Assembly (NCBI GenBank): GCA_964016885.1
Contig: OZ024756.1
Coordinates: forward strand, 28,210,001-28,274,000
From: Eledone cirrhosa
Lineage: Eukaryota
Reading direction: 5' to 3'
DNA: 64,000 nucleotides
This document shows positions 45,161-59,805 of the stretch, piece after piece. A program made the translations under genes and the position numbers. The notes under the pieces were generated by a model that made no database searches, was not told where the DNA came from, and saw only the letters and a list, made by a program, of their open reading frames with translations. Each line of letters begins with the position of its first letter. Positions within the stretch are counted from its first letter, which is position 1.

Positions 45161-45630
45161 ATGCATCATTGATACACTTACTCAAAATGACCTCCCACTA
45201 CCTAATTTTTCTATATCTATATTTATATATGTATCTATCTCTATTTCCTCTCTCTATATATATATATATATCTCTTTCGGTCTCTTTACATGAAGCTCTT
45301 CGCTTTATCTATTTTTCCATCTCTCTATTTTGTCCCATGCATTTCTTCTTTTTCTTCTTTTTCTTCCTTTTCTTCGTTTCGTCTTTCTTTCTTTCTTATT
45401 TCCCTCTTTTCTCTCTCTCTTTCTTTCTCTCTGTATTTTCACTGCTAGAGTGAACCTCTTCAAATGAAGTTGATGTTTATTACGGTATGTCGAATATATT
45501 TATCTATAAAACTGTTTATATTGTATTTTGTCTGATGAAGGCATAGCATATTGTTAATATGATATCCCCGAAATATATATAATGAAATAAATATGGTTTT
45601 ATAAATATAGTTTTCCATTTATTTAATATT
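42542..45630 (+). mobile_element. 5'-truncated Penelope element: GIY-YIG ORF (43215-44009) between 666-bp inverted pLTR copies (42542-43207 and 44965-45630)
   Basis: RNIIWFAPPFS...CNCRDRSKCPLNNNCL...YVGST...FKLRYNNH...CDLCAEE; near-identical inverted arms; hammerhead motifs at 42583-42648 (-) and 45524-45589 (+). Confidence 0.93.
45524..45589 (+). ncRNA. Type I hammerhead ribozyme motif in Penelope pLTR (mirror copy 42583-42648 on -)
   Basis: TATTTTGT-CTGATGA-AGGCATAGCATATT..AATATGATATCCCC-GAAA-TATATA-TA-ATGAAATA. Confidence 0.72.
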
Positions 45631-45717
45631 GTAAATATACTCCAAGTATTTGTCGAGTGCTTTTATATCAGTTATAAATATTTACTAGTTGTAACCCAAC
45701 AATTTTAAATATAACTT

Positions 45718-45760
<43 letters not shown>

Positions 45761-46304
45761 CATGAGAAGAAAGAAGAATACTGCGTGGTTTGCACATGGG
45801 TTACATATGATAAAAATAGTCCTTCATCAGTGATTTTCCAACCATCATTGGTATTTCATCGCATTAAAAATCAGATACCTCAGGTGCGAGCAATAATCTA
45901 AAATAAGTTATTGGGACCAGTAATCGCGTAAAGCGAGGGGGACAAGTGAACAACATAGAAGGATAAAAACAAACCAAAGAAAGGAAATAAACAAGCAACA
46001 TGGTAGTCCTGGTCAGCATAATCTGGGTGGATTTCATGAGCGAAAAGTAAAGACGTCCGACCTGAGTGAGATGTAAGCAAGAAGAGGCCCACTGTTAGCC
46101 AAACGGGAGGAAGTGAGAAGGGGAGAAACAGAGAGTGAGTGAGTGGAAGTGCGAGGAAGCGGTCAGTCGTGAGAAAGTGCAACTGACAGAGGGGGAGAAA
46201 GAAGGTGAGAGAAACAGAGAGAGCGGGGAAGCAGTAAGAGAGAAACAGACAAACGCAGCCGAGGTAAATATATATAAAAAAACATGAGAAGAAGAATACT
46301 GCGT

Positions 46305-46385
<81 letters not shown>

Positions 46386-46564
46386 AGTATTGCATCAAGA
46401 AAAATATAAACATCGACAAGAAAGGAGATTAGGAATTTGTTTGCTATAACATATGTTTCTGTGTCAATTATAATTGTCTACATATGCTGCCTACAATATA
46501 TATGGTTCAATCATATGCAATACTTAATTGTTTATCGCACACACGCACACATATATATATGTGC

Positions 46565-46629
<65 letters not shown>

Positions 46630-46700
46630 CACGCGCGCGCGCGTATGTGTTTTCTGTCATAATTTGTTTTACTTAAATTCTTGTCTTACATTTTTAACAG

Positions 46701-46796
46701 GGATTCATGAGGGCATAAACACATGTACTGGTGTAATAGACGCTTCTTTTCTGTTCGGTAACGAGTGGATACAAGAGCAAATTGGTTCGGGCGACG
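46701..46796 (+). CDS. Heme peroxidase-like gene exon (GIHEGINTCTGVIDASFLFGNEWIQEQIGSGD)
   Basis: TTTTTAACAG acceptor, GTAAGT donor; matches the REQxNxxTSFxDASxVYG Ca-binding motif; phase 1 to 1. Confidence 0.93.
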
Positions 46797-47271
46797 GTAA
46801 GTAACAACAGATTTCTTTAAATATCATCGAAGTACATATATATCTGTGAAGGCACGTGGCTTAGTGGTAGCGTTGAGCTTACGTTGTGAGTGGGTAGGTT
46901 ATGAGTTTGTTTTCCCCGGTGGTGCGTTGTGTCATTGAAGAAGACATTTTACTTCACGTTGCTCCTGTTAAAATGAGTTGTGACATCACTCGTGCCAAGC
47001 TGCATCGGCTTTTCCCTTTCTCTTGGACGACGTCGGTCTCGTGGAGAGAGGGGACTGGTACGCATGGGCGACTGTTAGTCTTCCATAAAAATACCTTTTC
47101 TGGGGCGTGTGTCTCTCAGTAGAACTTTCCAGGGGCAAATTCACCTTATTTATTTTATAAAGTATGGGATATTTTGTCGTGTATAATTTTTTTAATGTAT
47201 AAAGAAAATTAATTGTCGCAGGAATGCTACCACTTAAAATAAAATTTCGCCGGAGATAGATTAGCAGTATT

Positions 47272-47575
47272 TCATCATCATCATCATCATCATCATCCGG
47301 CGGCCTCAGCCGAAATGGACTCAATAATTGATCTCCACATGGGTCTGTCGTTCATTGTCGTTGCCAAGTCCTGGATTTCAATACCAGAATCTCTGGAGAT
47401 GACATCGGGATAGGAGATCTTGCGCCCCCTGTTATTAGTGACTGCTTGTAATTTCCAAAGCACTAATGGGGACACAGCCTCATAGGTGGCACGATGGCAG
47501 TGGCCAGCAAATCTTACTCTCCTTTTACGTACAACAACAGATATGCGTGGGAGGCCGGCATATATCTCTCTCAAA
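47272..47575 (-). mobile_element. RTE-clade LINE 3' fragment with (TGA)n tail
   Basis: IYAGLPRISVVVRKRRVRFAGHCHR...LVLW...MNDRPMWR. Confidence 0.82.
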
Positions 47576-47923
47576 AGCAGATGTCGCCAGCTTATGTTCT
47601 GAATGTGTTGAAGCAGGCGAGTGTAAGTGTCATCAAGGAGCTTTTGTAGTGTGGATTAAAGCGTCCATGTTTCATTTCCATATAGCAAGAATGGTTGAAT
47701 TGTTACTTGGAAGAACATTTAATAAGCTGTGGTGGTGGAAAAAATCTCAAAAATTAATAGGGTAATTATTCAAGACCTAAGAGTAATCAAGATATCGAAA
47801 CCAGGACATTATAATCGTACGTCCTCTTAATCACTCTGCTACGCACCCTCACTCAGGGATTAGGATTACTTACCATAGACTCAATATATTTAGAAGTTAA
47901 ATTTTGTTTTTATTTAATTTCAG

Positions 47924-47965
47924 GACATATTGACACAACTTCCGGCTTTGTTCCAGCGTCAGGAA
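47924..47965 (+). CDS. Heme peroxidase-like gene 42-nt exon (GHIDTTSGFVPASG)
   Basis: TTTCAG acceptor, GTAAGT donor; open and phase 1 to 1; fills the gap before the GDxR-equivalent motif. Confidence 0.78.
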
Positions 47966-48116
47966 GTAAGTAGATTCGTTGGCAGATAATGAGCTTTACA
48001 TAGCTATTTTAACCTACAGAAAAAAAGGGGACAAAAAGAATAAATAGTGGGAATGGTAATTCATAACCGAACTTAAAATCCCGCATTAATGAGATTTCCA
48101 TTCTCCCACAAATTAA

Positions 48117-48220
<104 letters not shown>

Positions 48221-48334
48221 CTGATGAAGAACTAGCGCCCCAAACGTTAAGACCCTCTTCCTACTATTTCAAACGTCAAACTAATATATCTTTTACACAC
48301 ACAAACACACACATATATATGTATCCATATATAT

Positions 48335-48428
<94 letters not shown>

Positions 48429-48587
48429 ATTAAGCTAACAGAAGCCTGATGACCTTTTTTTCCAAAGTCGGGCCCGATCGATAGAGATCGAACCTTGAGC
48501 TGATCAATCGCGAAATGCGCCTCACACTTAAATGAACTTAATGAAAATTTGACACCTCGTCCATACTTAATATTATATATATATATA

Positions 48588-48712
<125 letters not shown>

Positions 48713-49292
48713 CAAATTACAAAATATGAGGAAATAATAGACAAAAATATACCTATCCCGACTGCAGTTTCGCCGATCTGTGTGAACCGATTTCTGCACT
48801 TTAAAAGTGCATCATCGCCGTGAGGTTGATACGTCTTATCAAGAGACCCCTCAGAAAAAAGGACTGTTTCTCGACGTGTTTATAGCAAGTGAGAAAGTCT
48901 CATAGGCGAAGGGAGAGATTAATACGTGATACAGTGGTAAAAAAAGGACTTTTTCTTTCATAGCAAGTGAGAATTTCTCGAGAGGCGGGGAGAGAGATAA
49001 ATACATGTTATTTTGGCTCTTTCGGTCATCGAGCAAAACTTGTTAAGGCGGACACCACACATATACATATGAATATGCGTGTGTATTTCATTATATATAT
49101 ATTTAGAGGGCGGTGGATTGACAGTATCGGTAGAGGGTCGGACGCCATGCTTTCCAGCATAGTTACGTCCCTTTACGATCTGAGTTCAAATCCCGCCGAG
49201 GTTGACTTTGCATTTCATCCTTACGGGGTCGATAAAATAAAGTACCAGTAATGCACTGGGTAATTGCTGGCCTTGTGCCTAAAGTAGAAACA

Positions 49293-49330
<38 letters not shown>

Positions 49331-49452
49331 TGTATGTATAATAGAATATAAAAGAAAAACGAACACAGATATATAGATATGTGTGTTCAAATCGTAAGAG
49401 ACCGGATTTGCTAAGGTGAAAAGAATACAAACCGGAATTGTGGTAATTACCA

Positions 49453-49527
49453 ATCACCCAGACAACTTGTTGTTTCGCAATGTTAATTGTGAATAGAATT
49501 ACCAATTCAAGTTCATCAGTGGGTGAT
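49453..49527 (-). ncRNA. Type I hammerhead ribozyme motif with GUC cleavage triplet, inside inverted arms (~49338-49385 vs ~49628-49676)
   Basis: Minus strand ATCACCCA-CTGATGA-(imperfect stem II)-GAAA-CAACaaGTTG-TC-TGGGTGAT: 8-bp stem I and intramolecular stem III. Confidence 0.75.
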
Positions 49528-50130
49528 GAATTAGTATCCTAGACACTTCTAAGTATATTAAGACACTGAATAGTGTGTTATATATAATAACGCACATGGT
49601 ATCTCAGCGTGTCTCACAAACTTACACCACATATATCTATATATCTGTGTTCGTTTTTCTTTTATATTCTATTATAATATACGGCTCGGAAATATCTCTT
49701 TCTTAGAGCTATTTTGTTGTAAGAGACTATTTTGAGTTCCTAACTCAATATATACCTTTGATATATATATATATATATATATATATATCGCTGCTTTCGC
49801 ACTTTTACAGAGTCTTCTGAAACTCATAAAAGGGTGAAGGCACCAGTAATGCTCTGGGATAATTGCTGGCCTTGTGCTAACAGTAGAAACAATTATTTAG
49901 TCTTGGCAGTATCGGTAGAGGATCGGACGCCATGCTTTTCAGCATAGAGTTACGGCCATTTACGGTTTAAGTTTAAATCTCGCCGAGGTTAAATTTGCCT
50001 TTCATCTTTACGGGGTCGCTAAAATAAAGTACCAGTAATGCACTGGGATAATTGCTGGCCTTGTGCCGCAAGTAGAAACTATTATTATTCGATATAAAAG
50101 CCATGAATGTTTATCTCTTATATTTTGTAG

Positions 50131-50569
50131 CTGATGACAACATCAAGGAAAATCCATTAATGGTGGCACTCTATCATGTTTTCGTTCGTGCATACAATCA
50201 CATTCTCTATAAATTGCTCGAACTCGATGTCCCAAACGCACCAATGGAAGCAAGAAAGTTGCTGATCGCTATTTGGCAACATATTATATACTCAGAATTT
50301 TTACCACTTTTGATCGGTGAGAACATCTACAGCGAATTTGAAAATGATACTCTGACTTACAACGACACACAATTGCCTCAAGTTTCCCATTCTTTTTCGC
50401 TTGCTTTTAAACTGGCTATGGAGTCGATGATGAGAGAAAATGTTACAATTGCCAGTATAGTTGATCAGTTGGTTAATATCATGAATAACAGCCAAATTAT
50501 CGACAGTGACAAAGAGATGAAAGATATCGTTGAAGAAATGTTGACAGAAGCCAGTTTAGATTGCAGCAA
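50131..50569 (+). CDS. Heme peroxidase-like gene exon (TDDNIKENPLMVALYHVFVRAYNHI...EARKLLIAIWQHIIYSEFLPLLIG...FSLAFKLAMESMM...)
   Basis: TTTTGTAG acceptor, GTAAGG donor; strong match to NENP...HTxFxREHNR and EARKIxxAxxQHITYxEFLPxxLG; phase 1 to 2. Confidence 0.96.
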
Positions 50570-51321
50570 GTAAGGCAATATCATTATACAAAAACTCTCT
50601 ACACGCTAAGTTCAAATCCCAACTATTTTTTCATCGCACTTGGTTCGATAAAGACACACACACACGAGGGTCGACTGAAAAGTTCATAGTCTGATTATGA
50701 AGTGGTGATACTAGAGCATGCATCAATTTCAACTCTTCTTATTAACTGCATTGTTTCTTTCCGGGGACTATGTTAAAAAATAAACCTCATTTGGTCAGCC
50801 TATGCACTTTTCAGCCGACCCTTGTAAATAGCAGCTATCAGTGGATGATGTGAAGGCGCATGTCTTTGTGGTTGGAGTGTTAAGCTAACAATTGAGAAGT
50901 TGCTAGTTTGATTCCTGGACCGGATGATGTGATGTGTTGTGTCGTTGCTGAACACACTTTACTTGACGTTGCTCCAGTTCACTCAGCTATAGTAATGAGT
51001 TGCGACATCACTGGTGCTAAGTTGTATCGGCTATTGCCTTTTCCCTTGGACAACATTGATGGTATAAGGAGGGGGCGGGGGAACCTTTATGTATGAGCGA
51101 TTGCTGGTATTCCACAAACACACCTTACCCAGGTTTGTGCCTGTATATATTTGCGTATAATACCAATATGCACACTACACATGCTAGCAGAAAACCACCC
51201 GAAGGGTTTTCTGCTAGTAAATATAATGTAATATTTCTGCTCTCTGCCCGATTGAGCACTCTTTTCCTTTTTCTTTTTCATGACTACGGATATTGCTACA
51301 TATATATATATATATATATAC

Positions 51322-51525
<204 letters not shown>

Positions 51526-51791
51526 GAAAGTTATAGAAATTGTTTTAGCGAGAAGCTAACAGTATTTCATAAACGATATTAACAAATGGAAACTATATTT
51601 ATAAAACCATATTTATTTCATTATACTATATATATATATTATATATATATATATATATATATGGGTTTGTGTGTATGTAAAAATAGAGAAAGAGAGAGGA
51701 GTGATGAGATATATATTAAATAAACAGATTTTAATTCCTACCAGTCTATAATGTCCTTTTTTACCGTTGTTCTTTTGTTGATATTTTTCAG

Positions 51792-51986
51792 TAAATTATC
51801 CTGTTTAATAAGACATGATTGTAACCATACCGACTTAGTAGCTATTCTTACGCAAGATACTCGTGTTTTCGGAATACCGCCATATTTTGTTTGGCTGGCA
51901 CTCACAGGCCATTTTAACGTTCGTCTTATCGACAACTTTCCTTACCACGATGACGCTAAGAAAGCTGTCCTGTCTGGAATCTATAA
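51792..51986 (+). CDS. Heme peroxidase-like gene exon (...TDLVAILTQDTRVFGIPPYFVWL...LSGIYK)
   Basis: TTTTTCAG acceptor, GTAAGT donor; equivalent of DLxAxNIQRGRDHGLPxY; phase 2 to 2. Confidence 0.93.
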
Positions 51987-52053
51987 GTAAGTTGAAAGTC
52001 TACAGCTTTTGTGGTTTTTTTCTTAAAATTAAAATCCATGTTTGCATTGCCGT

Positions 52054-52113
<60 letters not shown>

Positions 52114-52570
52114 CGCGCGTTTGAGTATATATATATATGTGTGTGTATGTGTATGTATATGTATATATCTATACATAATATAAAAAAGAGATGTTTGTTG
52201 GTTGGTTCCTTCGGGCATCACACAAAAACGAAAAGTGAAAATCGAAAAGTAAGGACAGCAATGGAATAAGAGTATACCCAGGAAGGTTTATTGATACAAA
52301 TTTTATAACATCAAAGAAGAAAAACATCCCGGGTATGCTAACCAACCTGACTGCTATTTCTAGCAGATTAGGAATCAACCATAAGGGATTCACTCTGCGC
52401 GTTCGTTGTCAGTGATGATCGTGTTTCGCGACCACTGTCTCCGATTCGAACGCTGATTTACACACACACACACACATATATATACACACACACAAACGCG
52501 CGCGCGCACATATACATATACACACACGCACACACATACACACACACACATATCTATATTTATCTATATA

Positions 52571-53632
52571 CTAGCAGTTTAGCCCGGCGTTGCTCGGGTT
52601 TGTTCATTTGTTATGAAAAGTTACATGCAGGTAAACGTGGCTTGAAAGCAAATAAGCTTATCAATTAAGTGCATAAATCAGTTGAACAGGTTATTAAAAG
52701 TTACGAACCAATTAGCATTTTGGGCAATCAATGATGGGTTAATAATCTTCCAATAGCGAATTTAGCAGACCAAAGTTGCAAGATGGTGGCCCTGATGCCG
52801 CTGGGTGTCAAGGGGGAGTAGCGAAACATTTCAATTGAATAGTGAATAAGTGGAAAGTGAGTATTAAGTAAGTTGTATGAAGAATGCACGTCAAATAGTA
52901 GGTCAAACCTGTAAGCCAAGCCCGTCTGAATTATAACACAAAAGAGCGTAAACAGGGGCGATATTTTGGAGCACACTGGGAAAAAAATCATCGAAATCGG
53001 ACGTTCCTGAAAAAAGTTTTCTCAATAGTTTTTGGCTCATATTGCGAAAAACAAAGAAAAAAAATTACAAAAGGACAACAATAAAATATAATGTCTTTGT
53101 TGAGATTCAAGTAAATTGAGATTCAAGAGAGTAAAGCAGTTAAATTATAGAGAGGGGGAATAATCTATTGTAGAGAGAGGCAAGAGCGACGGAGAGAATG
53201 AAGCTATGTTTGTTGTTGTATAAATCGATGTGTTGCTTAGTTTTCAAAGTTTGTGTCGCGTTCCTTGAAAAGAAATTTTGTCGCTGTTCTAAATTGTAAT
53301 GGTGTAGAAGACGGAGGCAGTAACCTTTTAAAGAGAGTTGCAGAGGAGATTGAGAGTGGAGTAGAGGGAGGGATGAACCTTTTAAAGAGAGTTGCAATAT
53401 GTATGTAGTTTCATAGATTGTTGAGGGTAGTAGTGAGAGAGAGGGTTACAGCAGTTTTATCGATTTTTTCATAGAAGCAGGAAATTTTTGGAAAACTTTA
53501 TTACGCGTTGACCAGCCTTGGTAAATTTGGAGCACATTGGTAAAAAATGCATCAAAATCGGTAGAGAAATGTGGAAATGCATAAAAATCATACACACAGA
53601 CAGACAGACATCTTCCGTTTTATATATATAGA
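52571..53632 (-). mobile_element. Non-autonomous Helitron
   Basis: Minus strand starts TCTATATATATAAAACGGAAGATGTCTGTCTGTCTGT and ends with hairpin CCCGAGCAACGCCGGG plus CTAG. Confidence 0.85.
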
Positions 53633-54179
53633 GACTAGCAGAAAACCACCCGGTGGGCGGTTTTCTGCTAGCAAATCTAGTGTATATACTGATATTGTTG
53701 AGATTTGGATGAGAAATGTTTTCGGCACCACATGTTCACCATCTCTCGGTGTGTCTTTTATGCATGTATAAATATATATGTTATCTATACGGTGAAATCT
53801 TTGAAATAAATATATGTTAAAACGAAAAAGGAGAAAAAGAGATTAGTGACGGAAATATAAACGTTATGATACATAAACGTTATGATATAACGATGGAAAT
53901 ATATCTTCAAATGGTCCTTGGCATGGTGGTCAAGTCAGAACTGCCTCGAACTGGTTACTTCTGGCTTGTGAAGGTGTCTCTATAGCAACCAGCGATTCCC
54001 TCGGCCTCAGTGACCAAAGTCAGTGGAGAGGGGAAGGTAATGTTTCTATAGCGACAGTGTTTCTCTTGGTAGTACCAAAGTGGAGAAAGGAAGGGGAAGG
54101 TAATATTTCTGTAGCACCTACATTTGAGTTTTAGGGAAGGACAGACAGACAGACAAACAGAGAAATGCCCATATATTTC

Positions 54180-54224
<45 letters not shown>

Positions 54225-54250
54225 CACACACAGAAATGTATATATATTTC

Positions 54251-55837
54251 TCTAACAATTTTAAGGTAAGGTTTAATACCCACAAACATAGTTTTTAAAA
54301 TGCCGCACTGGCTAATACAACATCTCTAGCAGAAAAAATTAATAGTTATAGAAATAAGAATATAGAATATGATATGACCTGGAGTGTGCTCAAAAGAGCC
54401 ACCCCTTATCAAAATAATAGAAATGAATGTGGATTGTGTTCCCAAGAACTATTTGAAATAATGAAATCTAAGGATATCCTATTAAATAAGCGACAGGAAT
54501 TAATTATATCGTGTAATCATAAACTGAGAAAAACATTTAAATATTATAAACCTAATTAATAATATATATTTTAGAAATTAATATATAAATTAATTTAAAT
54601 GTAGTTAACCTATAATTTTAATTTAATTAAAATTCTACTACAGATGAAATTAAAAAATATCATGTAATCATAAACTGAAAAACTTTTAAATATTATTAAC
54701 ATAATTAATATATACTTTGGAAATTAATATATAGATTAATTTTAGTTTATTTAACCTTTTATTAAAATTCTTTTACAGATGAAATATAACAAAATATCGT
54801 GTAATCAATAACAGAGAAATACTTTTTAATATTATAAACCTAATTAATATACAATTTAGAAATTAATTTATAAATTAATTTTAATTTAGTTAACCTATAA
54901 TTTTAATTTAGTTAGCCTAAAATTAAAATTCTAATACAGATGGATTGCAGAATATCATGTAATCATAAACTGAGAAAAACTTTTAAATATATACCTAATT
55001 AATATATTCTTTACAAATAAATATATAGATTAATTTTAATTTAGTTAACCTATAATTATATTCTACTATAGATAAAATACAAAATTTTGCTTTAATTATT
55101 ATAAACCTAATTAACATATACTATAGAAATTAATATATAATTTTTTATTTAGTTAACCTATAATTAATATTCTACTACCGATGAAATACTTGATTTGGCT
55201 TTCCCCATTACAAAATTCATTTCCTAAAATTGATACCATCATGTTAATATTTTTAATTTAGTTATGCTATAATTAATACTCTACTACTGTTTAACTTCAA
55301 AATTCCGCTTTAAATATTATAAACCTAAGTAGTATACACCTTAGAAATTAATATATTAACTATTTTTACTTTAATTAACCTATAATTAATAGTCTACTTA
55401 TATTAAAATGCATAATTTAGCCTTCTTTCTTACAAATACCATTTCCTAATACTGACACTACTATGTAAACACATATTATGATTTAAATGCAGATTAATAT
55501 TCTATGTTCCTTGAAACCTATATTTACTATTTCCCACTAATAATTTTTATCCCCCCCCCCATAATTATTCGTATTTGTAAGCGTGGATGTATGTATGTGT
55601 ATGTAAGTATGTATGTATGTTTGTGTGTTTGTATGTGAGTATAAAAATACATATGTGCGCATGTAAATAAGTGTGTATGAGTGTAAATATATATATATAT
55701 ATATGTATATATATGTGTATGTATGTATGTGTATGTATATGTATTTGTAGAGATGTGTGTATGTATGTGTATATATGTGCATAATTGTCTGACTGTGTGT
55801 ATTTTTTTTTTTATATATATATATATATATATGTGTG

Positions 55838-55880
<43 letters not shown>

Positions 55881-56013
55881 ATGTATGTCTCTATATTTAT
55901 GTATGTCTGAGTGTGTGTGAGTGTGTGGTTGTGTGTATATATACATGGGTATGTGTGTGTATGTATATATACGTATATGTATGTGTGTGTGTGTATATAT
56001 ATATGTGTGTATA

Positions 56014-56056
<43 letters not shown>

Positions 56057-56108
56057 ATGTATGTGTGTATGTGTGTGTACATATATGTGTATATATGTGT
56101 GTTGTGCG

Positions 56109-56178
<70 letters not shown>

Positions 56179-56573
56179 TGTATTTATATGTATGAATATA
56201 TGTTTTACTTGTTTTTATGTATATGCATACAAACAGGTTAATATGCGTGAGGTTAAGTATGTGTATGTGTGTGTGTGTACGTATGTATGTATCGAACATA
56301 TGGATGTGTAAATGTGCGTATGTATATAAGCATGTATATTTTATGTCTCTCTTTTATGTTTTTTTATGTTTTTATTATATTTCTTTTATTATATTTCTTT
56401 TTATTTCTAAATTTATAGATACATTTTTATAAATATGCTGAGTCTGACACCCTCCTTAATTACTTACTCCCTTACCTCCTTTTAATTCTGCATCTAGCTG
56501 TAAATGTGTGTGGCCGTGTTTATGTGTGCGCCTCAATATCCATATAGTTATAATAATAATATATACGTATGTG

Positions 56574-56604
<31 letters not shown>

Positions 56605-57160
56605 TCGTAGGTATGTGTGTGTTTATGTGTATATGCGTGTGTGTGTATGAATGTATGTATATGTGTGTATATATGTGTGTATATGTATATGTATATGTAT
56701 GTATATTTTGTCTGTGAATTATAAACATACAGAGACATTAGCCCTGAATTTTTATATTTACATACACTTTTTCGACATGCGTATGCATGTGAACATACAT
56801 TTTTATGCATATCTATGAACGAAGTTACTTACATATATACACACACCTAACTGTATTTTCTTGATGAATTTTTATGTATTTCATTGGTCTATTTAAAATC
56901 TGTTCCCAAACAGACCTGTAATTTTGAATTGTTGTTATTATCAATAAATATACTTCATTATTTCTGAAGACAGCATATATATGTGATGGTATGTATAATC
57001 TCTTTGATAGTTTGTATAATTTTGTACATAGATCTTTTGAATATGCATGCCAATTCTAACACATATATGTCCTAGAAACGATCGTTAAATAATGAACTTT
57101 TTTTGTTTAATATAAGGAACTGTTTCATTGTTTTATTCATTATTTTTTTAATATTTTATA
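54251..57160 (+). mobile_element. Penelope 3' fragment: GIY-YIG C-terminus, degenerate ~140-160-bp tandem repeat (54508-55400), microsatellites and pLTR
   Basis: FKVRFNTHKHSF*...TSLA...WSVLKRATPY...CGLCSQE...LLNKRQEL...CNH; pLTR co-linear with 6880-7835. Confidence 0.8.
56954..57096 (+). ncRNA. Type I hammerhead motif with ~105-nt stem II insert
   Basis: TTCATTATTT-CTGAAGA-(GCATATAT...ATATATGT)-GAAA-CGATCG-TT-AAATAATGAA: perfect 10-bp stem I and palindromic stem III. Confidence 0.7.
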
Positions 57161-57913
57161 TATATATATATATATATATTACACACACAGAAATGTATAT
57201 ATATTTCTGTGTGTATATATATATATTTCTGTGTGTGTATATATATATATTTCTGTGTGTGTATATATATATATATATTTCTGTGTGTATATATATATTA
57301 CACACACAGAAATGTATATATATTTCTGTGTGTCTATTTATATATATATATTACACACACAGAAATGTATATATATTTCTTAAAACAAAATTATTATTAA
57401 TGTTTTGTTGTTCATAACAATTGGAATTGAAAAATTACTTTTGAAATTATTAGTTATTTTACTAATGCTTAGATATGTAAAAATGAAGCAATGTTTCTAA
57501 TAATTGTTTCTACTTTTGGCACAAGGCCAGCAATTACCCAGTACATTACTGGTACTTTATTTTATCGACCCCGTGAAGATGAAAGGCAAAGTTAACCTCG
57601 GCGGTATTTGAACTCAGACCGTAAAGGGGCGTAACTCCATGCTATGAAGCATGGTGTCCGACTCTCTACAGATTCTGCCAATCCACCGCCCTAATGTCTG
57701 TACGCAATTAGGGAGTGAGAGGGGAGAGAAAGAAAGGCAGAGGTGAAGTGACGAAGTGACTCTCTCCTCCTCCTCCTCCTCCTCCTCCATCTCCCCATTC
57801 GTCACAGCGATAGAAGGGAGGAATGTTAGTGTGTTACAAAGAGAAAGAGTGAGAGTGAGAGAAACAGACAGACTAAAAGAGAGGGATAGCTGGAGAGAGA
57901 GAGAGAGATATTA

Positions 57914-58505
57914 TCTCCTTATAATATATAACCATTGCTGGTTATATATTATAAGGAGATAATATAAAAGATTGGGACTTCCATCATCCTTTTGAGAAAC
58001 GTGGACCAACCAAGTCTATGCTATGACACACGCTTAACAGTCAAGCGGAAGATAAACCAATCTTAAAGCTCACTATTCTTGGAGGCAATCATCAAAGAGA
58101 AAGTGCATTTACTCTCAAGATTCCTCTTATCCCTTCCTCTACCGAGCTGCCATTCAAATTTTCAAGACTTCAGTTCCCTGTTAGAGCCAGTTTTGCTATG
58201 ACCGTACATAAACCTCAGGGTCAGAGTTTCAAATTTGTAGGATTGAATTTTGACACATGGGCTGTTATAGGTAGGTTGTTCACGAGTGGGAACACCTAAA
58301 AATCTTTATATATTATATACTATGCACGAACGGTAAAACAAAGTATCTGGAAGATTTTGGAGAGTTTTTTTTTTCTTTGTCACACACGCACACATACACC
58401 ACGATCTCGATTCATGGTGTAAACCAGGCAACGCATCCAATACACTCATTTTCTTTTCAACCTCTCTTATCTGTTTACCCGGACGAAACTGGGTACATCA
58501 GCTAG
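57914..58505 (+). mobile_element. Internally deleted Helitron with PIF1-helicase remnant
   Basis: IPLIPSSTELPFKFSRLQFPVRASFAMTVHKPQGQSFKFVGL at ~58120-58246; 3' hairpin TACCCGGACGAAACTGGGTA then CTAG at 58502-58505; 5' boundary approximate. Confidence 0.82.
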
Positions 58506-58521
58506 TATATATAATATATGT

Positions 58522-58572
<51 letters not shown>

Positions 58573-58734
58573 CATATACATATATGTATGCATATGCATA
58601 TATATATATGTGTGTGCGTGTGTGTGCGTTTGTGTGTGTGTACATCATATTATATCTCTAGAGCATCTTCCAAATGGACGTGTGTTTAAATCCTCATGGT
58701 GAAACACGTGTATTCGGAAGATATAATGTTGGTG

Positions 58735-58791
<57 letters not shown>

Positions 58792-59805
58792 GAACCACAG
58801 AAGACAGCCGAAGAGCAAGAATTACCCTAGTGTTTGTGTCTTCCCTTTTCGCCAACGTGTTTTTTTTAAAAACACGTATGTGTGTATATATATATATTTG
58901 TATGTGTGTGTATATATATATTACATCTTTGGTTATATATATATATATATATATAACCAAAAATAAATGGAGGAGAAGGCAATACATTCGAAAAGAAAAT
59001 TTACTCCTTACTCCTTACACGGTGTTTAATCTAGGCAATATCAATATAACAGAACCCACCTCATTCGTTTAAGAATAGAAAACTCAAGTTCTCTACTTCT
59101 CTCGCAAACTATACCACTCAACTAATAGAATCTAACGTTAGGTACACAACCCAATGAAGTATAATAGACAGAGCAACCTTTTATAACTTTAAGAAGAAAT
59201 GTCACTTGTGTCTTATGGAAGCACACTATATTATATGCTCGCCTCATACACTTATTAACAATAGAGCTGAAACAGTAATCAATTGCCCACATAGACTTCC
59301 CTACTCTTTCTCTAACAGAGTCTTTGATGCCACATAGTCATCTTAATGTTCAACCCAATTTCTCTCTCCCCCCCCCCCAAAAAAAAATAGGCCCCCTATT
59401 AGCTATTTCCTATAGATTAGCCAGAATATCTAAATTACTGCTGCTCACAATTAGTTACTCAATTGGGACTGTAAACTTTGCCCACAACACACCTCCTAAC
59501 ATCTACTCTATCAGTGTCACTTAACTTGGCTTGTTATAATTTTTTAAAAAATTTCACTCTTGTATAGATTGGATTACCTTCCAGCAACATCATTAGAAAT
59601 AATAATGTTTCTTCTCTGAAAATTCTATGAAAATATTCTTTATAATTGTTTCTACTTTTGGCACAAGGCCAGCAATTATCTAGTGCATTACTGGTACTTT
59701 ATTTTATCGACCCCGTAAGAATGAAAGGCAAAGTTAACCTCGGCGGGATTTATAAATGCATACGTACTCATATGTATAGAACTGTTATATTGATATTGCC
59801 TAAAT

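Noticed and set aside
42719-45453. Identical 94-aa hydrophobic ORFs on opposite strands (42719-43003 and 45169-45453)
   Set aside because: By-product of the inverted pLTR duplication in low-complexity CT-rich sequence.
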